Source of the DNA: Octopus sinensis
Lineage: Eukaryota
DNA length: 60,966 nucleotides
Direction: 5' to 3'
NCBI RefSeq assembly: GCF_006345805.1
Contig: NW_021832397.1
Span: 1-60,966 of the forward strand
In this document: piece by piece, positions 1 through 11,497 of the stretch
Layout of the letters: each line of letters starts with the position of its first letter
Numbering within the stretch: the stretch's first letter is position 1
Program-made: the position numbers and the translations under genes
The notes under the pieces: model-generated
Seen by the model: the letters and a program-made list of their open reading frames with translations, nothing else
Databases searched by the model: none
Told to the model about the DNA's origin: nothing

Positions 1-298
1 TTATCTACACCAAATGGTTATTATCATGGTGCACCTGTATAGTTACATGCACACAAATGTTGTAGTCATCAACCTTTGCTTCTTGGCATCCATATCTTGA
101 TAGAGATATAACGGTATTTAATAGTTTGAAACATGTGATAGTCTGTGTGTTTAAATGTGCTTTTGTGTACATGTGTAGTCTATGTTTGAGCAAACATGTC
201 TCTGCATGTTTGCATAAATTACACCATGAGGCCAAATTACATTCAATAAATTCTTAGTTATATTTCTTCCTTTTTATCGTCATGGAATCTATCTATCC

Positions 299-364
<66 letters not shown>

Positions 365-367
365 TTA

Positions 368-413
<46 letters not shown>

Positions 414-439
414 GATATATTAATATATATATATTATAT

Positions 440-600
440 ATATATATAGATATATTTCTCCTTGTTTTTTCCTGTGTCCTTTTCCGTAGAAGAGCGTAGG
501 CGCGAAACGTAAAAGACTTTTCTATTCCTGAGCATTATACTTATACATCTGTGTTGTTTGTACACCACCTGTCTTCGTCTTTTGTTCTTTTCATAACTCT

Positions 601-603
<3 letters not shown>
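440..603 (+). mobile_element. Interspersed repeat with variant hammerhead-like motif (copy 1), flanked by (TA)n
   Basis: Closely similar to 54595-54755; contains GAGC-GTAG-GCGC-GAAACGTA. Confidence 0.65.
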
Positions 604-673
<70 letters not shown>

Positions 674-725
674 TAGATAGATAGATATATAGATAGATAG
701 ATAGATGACAGACAGACAGACAGAC

Positions 726-776
<51 letters not shown>

Positions 777-813
777 ATACTGATAGAAAATGGAATGAAC
801 GACATTATTTATA

Positions 814-918
814 AATCACTACAATTGTTCCGATACATTTTAACAGCTGTTGTACATTGGTGAGATGTGTAATTATCATCATCCCTCTAAGGTGTAAAAT
901 GCACTTCATCAGGTGATT
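814..918 (-). ncRNA. Type-I hammerhead ribozyme motif (one core substitution)
   Basis: AATCAC-CTGATGA-A-GTGCATTTTA...TAAAATGTAT-C-GGAAC-AATT-GTA-GTGATT: stem I AATCAC/GTGATT, 10-bp stem II, palindromic stem III ACAATTGT, GAAA changed to GGAA. Confidence 0.7.
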
Positions 919-1010
919 GTTTAAATAAGTCCTTCGTTAGATCCTACCGTTATTTCACTAGGTGAGAGAATGCATGCTCATAGGATTGTGTGTGTTATTT
1001 TCAGCAGCGG

Positions 1011-1343
1011 AGGTGCAATAGCCCAGTGGTTAGGGCAGCGGACTCGTGGTCGTAGGATCCCTGTTTTGATTCCCAGATCGGGCGTTGTGAGTGTCTATTG
1101 AGCGAAAACACCTAAAACTCCACTTTCACCACAACTTGCACTCTTTCTTCCTGTTTCTGTTGTACCTGTATTTCAAAGAGGTCAGCCTTGTCACATTCCG
1201 TGTCACGCAGAATTTCCCCGAGAACTACGTTAAGGGTACACGTGTCTGTGGAGTGCTCAGCCTCTTGCACGTTAATTTCACAAGCAGAATGTTTCATTGA
1301 TTGGATCAACTGGAACCCTCGTCGTTGCAACCGACGGAATGCC
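1011..1343 (+). mobile_element. tRNA-derived SINE, group A
   Basis: tRNA-like head (TAGCCCAGTGGTTAGG, TTGATTCCC); body shared with 2243-2371, 33925-34150 and 9012-9210. Confidence 0.85.
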
Positions 1344-2242
1344 TGGACGATTTTCAAGTTTTGAAAATGCCTCATCACCTTGGGTATATGCATGTGTGTG
1401 CGCGCGCGCGTGTGTGTGTGTGTGTTGTGTGTGTGTGTGTGTGTATACACCCGTCTTGGAGAAATCCTCAGTGATAGTGAGGTTCAGCATTTGGAACAAT
1501 TGTCAGAGCTTCAGCCGAGTGTCACTCATGTTTAGAGAGGACGACGTGCAATGTTGTTTTTTTCTTTTTGCTGTTTGAATAGTGCTTTTTCTTTTACTTT
1601 TTGCTGTTAAAAGACAAGATTGACGTGAATCTACCCAGGGGATGCTCTCAAGTTCTACGTTTATGGAATCAGTACAGGTTAAGCGTGTTGTATCTAGGAT
1701 GATTTGTCGATGCTTTTGTACGCGAGTTTTTAAGAAGATATTTAAACCTCATTTGTATCCAGATGATAACAGATACAGAAATGAAGTTAATTTAATACGT
1801 GTCGTTGTAATGGAAGATTCTGCTCTTGTTTTTCCTGCATCTCAACAGCAACTTCAGTGAATTTGCCTTTAGAAGTTGAAAGATGTCACAAACATTGTAA
1901 CTAATGTTTGCTTATGCCTAAACGCTGCTTGGCTGTAATACTGCTGAAATTGTTCCGACCTGACGTTCCAATAGCGTAATTCAGTCAGTGTTGTTGACTG
2001 TGTTTTAGTTAAAGCTATGGCTTTAAATCTGCCCAGAGTTACCTCTCTTCGGTATTTCTCAGTGATAACGGCTAAAAAGCTAGAAAGTTGCGCCTGGAAA
2101 TCCGACAGGGGACAATACTAGGTATTGCGTCCTTGAGTAAGACAGTTCATTTCATATGGCTCCAGTCCACTCAGTTGGGAAAAATCATTTGTACCTCTAA
2201 TTCACAGAGGCAGTCTTATCACGTGATGCATCACGGTGAACC

Positions 2243-2371
2243 GCTCTGAGAACTACGTTAAGGGAACACGTGCCTGTGGAGTGTCCGGCCACTTGCACGT
2301 TAGTATCACGAGCAGGCTGTTCCGTTCATCCGATCAGCTCAAACCCACGTCATCATAACTGACAAAGTGCC
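2243..2371 (+). mobile_element. Group A SINE 3' fragment
   Basis: GAGAACTACGTTAAGGG...CACTTGCACGTT matches about 1220-1343. Confidence 0.75.
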
Positions 2372-2380
2372 AGTATGTGT

Positions 2381-2451
<71 letters not shown>

Positions 2452-3110
2452 CGCACGCGTATGTGGACTAAATACCTTGATAAGAATACTTCTCTCATTA
2501 CAAAAGTACTACTGCAAGTAACACGTTGATGAATTGGCAAAAACAAAATAACTAATTTATCTGGCAGTTGTTTTTCTATGCTGTTGGTCATCAACAAACA
2601 GAACATAAAGCTAAACTATCACTCTTCCTAAACCCAACCCTATCCCCCTTCCTCCCCTCCTCCTCCTCTTCATCCTTATCGTCAAACTACTACTACTGCC
2701 ACTGCTTCTGCTGCTGTAACATATACACTGTAAAGAAAATAGTTGCAGCAAAAAGAAGTATAAATAAATATAGGCTCAGATACGTTCATACAGAAACACC
2801 TGTGCATTCGTAGCCACACAAGCAAAGAACTATACAAACAGCTGTACTAAAGAATATATCTACATATTTTAGCCAACCTCATATGCTATACATGACTATA
2901 AAACTCCTCGTATTTATATGTATAATAGTTTCGTCCGTGCAAAAGGAGGAATCATCTTTTCTAGTTTTGTGTTGTGCTAAGATTTCATCAAAGTCTAAGA
3001 AGTCTGTTTAATTACTTATAGAAAAATTGATTATAAAACCATTGCATATGCAGTGCATTTTGGGAAGCATTTTTGACTGAATCCTCTACACACAAACAAG
3101 CGCGCGTGCA

Positions 3111-3171
<61 letters not shown>

Positions 3172-3241
3172 GTCCAGCTATAATTGAAGAAGCCATTTAA
3201 GACAAATTTGAAATCAGGTAAACAGAAGATAGTCAATAAAT

Positions 3242-3626
3242 TGTGAAGTATATTTGCCACTTAAATGTGGGTAACCACTAAGGGTGGATGCTACTGTAGC
3301 ATGTAGCTCCAGGAGAACATCTTCTCCAGCTGGTTATTGACATATTTTCTGCGCCTTATCAGTATTTGCAAACGGAAGCAATCCTTCCCATCGTCGACCT
3401 GACGTGAACGCACGGATCCGGGTTTCTGGGTATTTACCCGTCGTCAGCGCACGACAATCACCAGTCTTCGATGCGAAGGGATCCCAATGCAAATACATAT
3501 ATCCTTTTTCCAGTGACGAAAAGTGTGTCAATAACCAGCTGGAGGAGGTGTCTTCCTCGGGCTACAAGCTACAGTAGCATCTACCCTAAGTAGTTAGCCA
3601 CATTTAAGTGGCAAATATACTTCACA
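3242..3626. mobile_element. Foldback element (about 110-bp inverted arms) with internal hammerhead
   Basis: TGTGAAGTATATTTGCCACTTAAATGTGG...TATTGACA at left and its reverse complement at right; related copies at 5689-6009 and 36790-37033. Confidence 0.85.
3409..3453 (-). ncRNA. Minimal type-I hammerhead ribozyme motif
   Basis: CGTGCG-CTGACGA-C-GGGT-AAAT-ACCC-A-GAAAC-CCGG-ATC-CGTGCG; stem I has 6 bp including two G-U pairs. Confidence 0.75.
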
Positions 3627-4082
3627 TTGTCGTATAGCTACTGTTTATACCTCGTTCAGCGATTTATTATTGCTAGTTAATAAATTTTTTTATACTAAAA
3701 GTATATAGTCTCGCCACCATGTTTTCTTGTTTGATAAGCAAAAAAACAAAAACGCGTCATAGACAAACCCACCCACCTATCCATCATCCATTCATCCATC
3801 CATCCATACATTCATCCATCCATCCATCCATCCATCCATACATACATACATACAAACATACATACATAAATACATACATACATACATACATACATACATA
3901 CATACATACATACATACACACATACATATATGCATTCACTACACGTTTTTTAAAATTATTTATTTATTTATTCATTTATTTATTTATACAGGTATGTCAT
4001 ATTTTCTGTTTGTTGTCTTTTTATTTAATCCTGAAAATATTATTTATGTAACGCACGCACTTATTCACTTTTTTACCTATAT

Positions 4083-4426
4083 ATATCCCTAGGAATTGAT
4101 GGAGTCGCTGCTATAATCGGTTTTCTAACGGCTTTTCTTTTTTTTTATTTTGGAAGCGTCTCAGCAGTGGTCTCACGAAGCTCCTTCCGGAATTCCTCAT
4201 GAGGAGGGAAAAAAGGACGGAAGATGCAGGTATAACATAACTTAGAAGCAGCACTTAGGATGTGCCAACACTCACGAGATTGAGACATGGCCGACCTCAC
4301 GCACTTCTCATGAGGAATTCTGGAAGGAGATTCGTGAGACCACTGCTGAGACGCTTCCGGAAAAAACCAAAGAAATGCTGTTGGAAAACCGATTATAGCA
4401 GCAACTCCATCAATTCCTAGGGATAT
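4083..4426. repeat. Long inverted repeat (about 120-bp arms)
   Basis: ATATCCCTAGGAATTGATGGAG...CTCATGAG / CTCATGAG...CTCCATCAATTCCTAGGGATAT; right end overlaps a hammerhead motif. Confidence 0.85.
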
Positions 4427-4460
4427 CTGAAGAAGGAATTTTATTCCTAAATATCATATC
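4422..4460 (+). ncRNA. Minimal hammerhead motif (G12 mutated)
   Basis: GATAT-CTGAAGA-A-GGAAT-TTT-ATTCC-TAA-ATAT-C-ATATC; perfect stems I and II, GAAA changed to TAAA. Confidence 0.6.
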
Positions 4461-4538
4461 AGACTATGGATTTTTAAATTACAACTGTTGTTATTCTTTA
4501 CAAACAATACACAATGCTCAAGCGAGCTACAATACTCT

Positions 4539-4594
<56 letters not shown>

Positions 4595-4598
<4 letters not shown>

Positions 4599-4832
4599 AT
4601 TAAGAATGGAGTTAAACGCAGGGTGTTATTAAAAATATCTTTATACTTCCAACATATGTTTCGAAGAAAAGATTGGCATTATTCAGTTTGTGATCTTTTT
4701 AAGTAGAACGAGGTTGTTTGGGGTCAAGAGGTCCAGTCCTCGTCTGAATAATACCAATGTTTTCTACGAAACATATGTCGGAAGTATAAAGATTTGAATA
4801 ACGACTGCGTTTAACTCCATTTCTTAATTTAT
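4595..4832. repeat. Long inverted repeat (about 90-bp arms) next to (TA)n, with hammerhead half-sites
   Basis: ATAAATTAAGAATGGAGTTAAACGCAG... pairs with ...CTGCGTTTAACTCCATTTCTTAATTTAT; GAAACATATGTC at 4768-4779. Confidence 0.8.
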
Positions 4833-5051
4833 CTATGTTATCTAGAAACATTTCACTAAACCCTGGAATATCTATCTTTATAAATAGGCTATAACATCCT
4901 TGGCGCTTATGAGAATTTTTGCTATTTTTTATTTTTTATTTATTTATTTTTTCCGTGTAACTTTTACACAGTGAAAAAAATACACATACATTTATATATA
5001 TATATACACACACACATATATATGTTATATATATATATATATCTATATATA

Positions 5052-5129
<78 letters not shown>

Positions 5130-5494
5130 ACATATATGCAAATAAATCAACCCACTAACTCGTATAAATACAATCTGCAAGTTTAAAGTGTGACATATTA
5201 TTTTTGTTATCTACATTCCAACAAGTTAAATTTGTATCTTTGTTAGAAACCAGCTCTTTCTTCATAGGAAGAATTTAAATCATCAAAAACAGAAGGGAAC
5301 CATGCATAGACGCATACGTACATACAATACATACATACATACTACATACATACATACATACATACATACATACATACATACATGCATGCATACATACTTA
5401 CATGCATGCATACATACATATATACATACATAGATAGATACATACATACATATATACATACATACATATATACATATATACATACATACATACA

Positions 5495-5528
<34 letters not shown>

Positions 5529-5688
5529 CATACATACATATATATAGAGGGAGTAGTTCAGAAGGTAATGGGGTAGATGCTACATCCCCTACCCTCGCAC
5601 ATAAGTTACGAAGTAGATGAGCGTTGTCCTCCTGCATATAGCGTAGTACAAACTTGAAATCAGAGTAAACAGAAAATAATTAATAAAT

Positions 5689-6009
5689 TGTGAAGTGTAT
5701 TTGCCACTTAAATGTGGGTAACCACTAAGGGTGGATGCTACTGTAATTTGTAGCCCCAGTAGAACATCTTCTCCAGCTGGTTATTGACATATTTTCTGTG
5801 CCTTATCAGTATTTGCAAACGGAAGCCATCCTTCCCATCGTCGACCTGACGTGAACGCACGGATCCGGGTTTCTGGGTATTTACCCATCGTCAGCGCACG
5901 ACAATCACCAGTCTTCGATGCGAAGGGATGCCAATGCAAATACATATATCCTTTTTCCAGTGACGAAAAGTGTGTCAATAACCAGCTGGAGAAGATGTTC
6001 TCTTGGGGC
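5689..6009. mobile_element. Second copy of the 3242-3626 foldback element (right arm truncated)
   Basis: Near-identical left arm and core; enclosed by a different inverted repeat (5546-5582 and 6008-6042). Confidence 0.85.
5856..5900 (-). ncRNA. Minimal type-I hammerhead ribozyme motif
   Basis: CGTGCG-CTGACGA-TGGGT-AAAT-ACCCA-GAAAC-CCGG-ATC-CGTGCG; intact core, 5-bp stem II. Confidence 0.8.
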
Positions 6010-6553
6010 ATCTACCCCATTACCTTCTGAACTACTCCCTCTCTCTAAATTTTTGTATGTATGTATATATGTATGTATAAACATTATACGTATATATATA
6101 TATGTATATATATATATATCACCTAGCTGTCCGGACGTTTTGCGTTCTTGATACATTTTGCATTTTCCATATATAATAATAATAATAATAATAATATAAT
6201 AATAATAATAATAATAATAACAATGATAATAATAATAATAATAATAATAATAATATTAGAGAGTACAACTCCAAACTTACAGGGAAAAATTCAATTTTGT
6301 ATTAAATCAAATTTCACAATATAAATATAATATATATATATAAATTAGAGAAAACCCACTATTATGTAATTCAAACAATGATAGACATAAAACATATCAT
6401 AAAGAAAAAATAAAATATATAATAAAATATTTATCTAGGTCACAAAAAGTACATAATAAATAAACAGTATATAATAAGTATCTAGATAAATGTTTTATAT
6501 ATATATATATATATATACATATCTATATCTATCTATACATATATATATATATG

Positions 6554-6598
<45 letters not shown>

Positions 6599-6643
6599 AT
6601 GTATATATATGTGGGTATGTAATACCTATAAATTATTATTATT

Positions 6644-7071
6644 CTATGTTTGACTTTTACTTTATTTTGTACAAGTGGCTCCAAGTCTCACCCAGAGACC
6701 TCAAGAGACAACAGGGTTGGAAGTTCATGTTGTTGTTATGCCTAGTGTGCCATATATTTGGGGGTGGGGGTGTTGTACTAATGAATCTCTAAAAAAAAAG
6801 TTTTTTTTTTTTTTTTAACCGAAAATTATGTTTGTTTTAAACCTTGAGATTACATAGAAAGTATTTTGCGTAGGATATGAGCAGTTCCCATGAGCACTAT
6901 CTTTTGAATTTCTGCCATTTTTGGGTTTCCTGGTATCTGAGTTAGGTAGCTATCAGCCCCTTTTGCTATCATTCCCAGGGCACCTTGACAACAGGTATTG
7001 TTTTAGTCTTCAGGTTCCACATTTTGCTGATTTCTATTTCAAGATCTTTATATTTGCTCAGTTTTTGGTAG

Positions 7072-7073
<2 letters not shown>
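6644..7073 (-). mobile_element. 3' fragment of R4/Dong-clade (RLE) non-LTR retrotransposon
   Basis: KLSKYKDLEIEISKMWNLKTKTIPVV-(frameshift)-ADSYLTQIPGNPKMAEIQKIVLMGTAHILRKILSM*, then a 3'UTR; (AAT)n on both sides in element sense. Confidence 0.85.
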
Positions 7074-7141
<68 letters not shown>

Positions 7142-7879
7142 CATTATTATCATAATCATTTTTCTCTGTCGATCAAATCAGATAATTCCAATAATGGAAA
7201 AGTAATGTTTCATATCCGCCCAGAAATCTTTCTACGCTCATTCGTTCTGGTGACGAAGTTTTTCACGAGGTTCTTTAAAGCGTTTTCATTTCCCGTCCCC
7301 AAAATTTTAGTGGGTGCATGTGCACCCCCATGCAACCCCTATTCTCGAACCTATGGTAATACTATTTATTTTTGGCTACCTTACGCTGGATACATATCCA
7401 CATTTAATTCTAAGGGCCATATACTATTAATATACGAAGAGGTTTTAGGTTAGACCATGTTCCTCTCTCTCTCTTTCTCTCTCGCTGTCTGTCTGTCTGT
7501 CTGTCTCTCTCAGGTGCATTCCGTTATGCCTGAATGTCTGGTTCTGTTTGCACAGTGCATGCGCACTGATTATATTATTACTGCACTGAATCACACACAC
7601 CTACTTCGTTTAAAGAAGGCATTCACCTCGGAGAGGGTTCCAACCACTTTCATATCTCATTGTAATTCGATACAGCGTTACTATAAAACGTCGAGTCCTG
7701 TCTGTTGCAGCTTCTGTTCCCGCCCCCGCCACCACTACCTTAAGCAACCCTCAAACCGGGAGAAAGAGTTTTTTTAGTAGAGACAATTTATGTTTGATGA
7801 AAAGAAGTTTCACAATTAAAAGAACGTCACAAATGTAAAAAGAAAAACCAAAAACTGAAATAAAAAATAACGAACAAAC

Positions 7880-8300
7880 GTGGCTGTGTGGTAAGTAGCT
7901 TGCGTATGAACCACAAGGTTCCGGGTTCATTCCCACTGCGTGGCACCTTGGGCAAGTGTCTTCTACTATAGCCTCGGGCCGACCAAAGCCTTGTGGGTGG
8001 ATTTGGTAGACGGAAACTGAAAGAAGCCCGTCGTATATATGTATATATATGTGTGTATGTGTATGTGTATGTGTGTGTGTGTATGTGTGTGTGTGTGTTT
8101 GTGTGTCTGTGTTTGTCCTCCCAACATCGCTTGCCAACCGATGCTGGTGTGTATACGTCCCCGTAACTTAGCGGTTTGGCAAAAGAGACCGATAGATTAA
8201 GTACTAGGCTTACAAAGAATAAGTCCTGGGGTCGATTTGCTCGACCAAAGGTGGTGCTCCAGCATGGCTACAGTCAAATGACTGAAATGAGTAAAGAGTA
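7880..8300 (+). mobile_element. tRNA-derived SINE, group B
   Basis: GTGGCTGTGTGGTAAG head, GGTTCATTCCC B-box-like motif, internal (TG)n, tail GGTGCTCCAGCATGG...GACTGAAA. Confidence 0.9.
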
Positions 8301-8521
8301 AACGAAAACAGAAATTAAGCGTTAATCTCACACAGTTCGATATGTAATTGCTAATTACAATAAAATGATTGTTATCGAACTTCTCTACATTTCAACAAGT
8401 TTTCCACTTTCAGCAAAATGATTAATTCGCGGAAATGAAAAGTTTGCAACGAACTTCGGGACTTTGCCGATATTTCATCTTCTGATTTCTCATCCCGTTT
8501 TCCAATTATATGCTGCACGTG

Positions 8522-8754
8522 AAGGTGGTGAGCTGGCAGAATCGTTAACACGCCGGGCGAAATGCTTAGCAGTATTTCGTCTGCCGCTACGTTCTGAGTT
8601 CAAATTCCGCCGAGGTCGACTTTGCCTTTCATCCTTTCGGGGTCGATTAAATAAGTACCAGTTACGCACTGGGGTCGATATAATCGACTTAATCCGTTTG
8701 TCTGTCCTTGTTTGTCCCCTCTGTGTTTAGCCCCTTGTGGGCAATAAAGAAATA
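8522..8754 (+). mobile_element. tRNA-derived SINE, group C, with 15-bp target-site duplication
   Basis: TGGCAGAATCG A-box, GTTCAAATTCC B-box; TATATGCTGCACGTG at 8507-8521 and 8755-8769. Confidence 0.9.
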
Positions 8755-8924
8755 TATATGCTGCACGTGTACACACACACACACATACGCTTTTCGAGAT
8801 ATAGTGTATGTTTTGCTAATACAATATAGTTTCTATATTCTGGGTTCAAATCGTACAGAGATGGGCTTTTTTCATCTTCCCGTGTTTAATATTTCTTTTT
8901 TATTTGTGCGCCCTTTTCAAGTCA

Positions 8925-9210
8925 ATCCAGGCTCATGGGTCCAGCTTCCTGGTTTCTGTGGCGTATGTGTTCCTCCCACTCCAGCTGGACGGCACCCAGT
9001 CCATCGCAGCGTTTCTCAAGAAACAGGAAGAAAGAGTGAGAGAGAGTTGAGGTGAAAGAGTACAACAGGGGTCGCCACCCACCCCTGCCGGAGCCTTGTG
9101 GAGCTTTAGATGTTTTCGCTCAATAAACACACACAACGTCCGGTCTGGGAATCGAAACCGCGATACTCCGACCGCGAGTTCGCTGCCCTAACCACTGCGC
9201 TAATGCGCCT
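8925..9210 (-). mobile_element. Group A-related SINE
   Basis: Reverse complement of the GTGGTTAGGGCAGCG head with GTTTCGATTCCC. Confidence 0.8.
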
Positions 9211-9867
9211 TCACGTTTAATAAAATAAACACCATTAAAATATTGTTATCTCAATTCAATCGAACAATTACAATGGGGGCAATTATTCAGATCGGAGTTT
9301 GTCTTGGGGTTGCAGACGATCTATAAACGTCAAGTATGGCTGGACTTTTTATTGAATTAAGTGTTCTGTCTTCTGTCTAAGGGTTACCTTTCTTGTATGC
9401 TGCTTTTCAAGTTTTAACTCCACAAGAGGGAGTTTTTGTTTACTAACTGCATACGACCAGAATCTTGTATAAGACGATGCACATTCAGTTGATCTATCCA
9501 AGGAGTATTAACTTTTCTTTTGGTTCTGAGATTCTGGGCAATAAACTCACTTAATTTCTCTCCTGGTCTTCCTTCACTGGTTTGAAAAGTTGAATAAACT
9601 AGTTTGACGAAAGGAACAAGAAAAGGGTAACGTGTCGGGCTGAACCCTTCATCTCTCACTCACTCTCTGTCTGTCTGTCTCTCTCACTCCCTTTTCTCCC
9701 CACTCCCTCTCTCTAGTTAGGGCCTCATAGAGCAACAATAGTTACTTTGGTTTCTCTTTCTAAAGTTCTAAAGCGTCTCAATCACTCAAGATGTGATTGA
9801 CAAGTAATATGTATTGTAAATTAAGTTGTTTTTGAACTGATGCAACTGTTATTGGAACCAAACTTAC

Positions 9868-10049
9868 CAATTCCGCAATATACGGCGCTACCACCGCTCC
9901 TATTCTTCCGCATGTGGAAAATAAACCCATGGCAGAGTTACGCAGGACAGTAGGGAAGAGTTCACAACCAAACAGGTAAACAGCGCCGAATGCTGATGTA
10001 ATGCCAAGTTTTCCTATCATCGCAAACAGCAACACTAGCCATTGATAAG
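9868..10049 (-). CDS. SLC22A-like: SLC22 coding exon 8 (TM10-TM11)
   Basis: ATTTCAG|CT TAT CAA TGG...GAA TTG|GTAAGT; 182 nt; [60 protein letters not shown]. Confidence 0.95.
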
Positions 10050-11466
10050 CTGAAATGGAAAGAAGAAAGACAAACTGAAAATAACGAATTGGTTTGAGAT
10101 AAGTTAATGCTTAATATATGCATGCACGCGCACGAATCACACACACACACACGTTTGTATATAATACATACTCAGGCTTTTAACAGACTAGCCAGAAATA
10201 ATTATATGGGAATTATATGATGAGAATTAAAAAAAGATAACGGTATTAGTGAATGACTAATAATATTTTAACTTTTTCAGTAAGCACAACCATATCTGCC
10301 CGGTTGTGTTTTAACTTGGTGGCTTTTGGCCCATCGGTCTCCATATAGTCAACTTCATCTGTATGTATGTATGTCATTATTCAGTTTTATTTCAAGACTA
10401 CTAGTATCGCCCGGCATTGCTCGGGTTTGTTTCAACCCTTTAGAATTGGAATTTTTGAAAAATACAAATTTTGCATTTTGTAGCTTATTCTCTTTAAGTG
10501 AACATTTTTCTGGTTGAAATACACCGAAAAATGGCGACACAGTAGTAAAAAAATCGTAAATGATAGGGATTTTCATAGAAAAAAGCACCTTTTTGATGTA
10601 AATAATTTTTGGTGTTAATATGGTCCGAGAGAGAAAGAGCCGGTTTCTAACTTAGATCCAAGATTCCTTCACCGGAATTTCAACATCGACAACAGGGTAT
10701 GTATGTATGTATGTATGTATGTATGTATGTATGTATGTATGTATGTATGTATGTATGTATGTAGGCCTGTTTGTATGAGTGCATGCATGTATATATTCAA
10801 ATATATGTATGTATGTATGTATGTATGAATATTTATGTATGTAAATACGCCATACATTTGTATAATTCACATATAAAGACATAGCACTGATTTCTCTTTG
10901 ATCCATTGTGTTATCTCAGTGTTTGAATATTTCGCTCAAACGATTGAAATTATATCGCTTACGTTCATGTACATATATATATATATGCATGCGTGTATAT
11001 ACGTGTATATGCGTTTATGTATACATACTTATTTATATATATATCTATGTAACTAACTCGTGTGTGTGTGCGTATGTGTATGTGAATTTCGAGACTAAAG
11101 AAAATAATGTTCAAACATTTATAACATCTTTACAGGTGTTTCTGTGACAATTCTTTAACCTTCTGTTGAATAATTCTTATCTGTACTGAAATTATCTTAT
11201 TAATAATACGACTTCCCTTCTCATGAATTATTTTTTGGAGTCTATATAAAACTCCTGACTCCACTATATTCTGTTCACTTTCAAAGGCATTCTATAAACA
11301 ATAGGCGCAAGAGTGGCTGTGTGGTAAGTAGCTTGCTTACCAACCACAAGGTTCCGGGTTCAGCCTCACTGCGTGGCATCTTGAGCAAGTGTCTTCTACT
11401 ATAGCCTCGGGCTGACCAAAGCCTAGAGAGTGGATTTGGTAGACGGAAACTGAAAGAAGCCCGTCG

Positions 11467-11497
<31 letters not shown>

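Noticed and set aside
1011-1085. tRNA-like sequences at SINE heads
   Set aside because: They run into SINE bodies and lack a complete cloverleaf, so they are not tRNA genes.
8330-8505. Possible terminal exon (IGKRDEKSEDEISAK...)
   Set aside because: The preceding TM12 exon is absent between here and 9868, and the apparent acceptor lies in the SINE's TSD.
9414-9659. 81-aa ORF and an apparent mini-exon with AG/GT borders
   Set aside because: Phase-0 joining to exon 8 gives an immediate stop; no recognisable homology.
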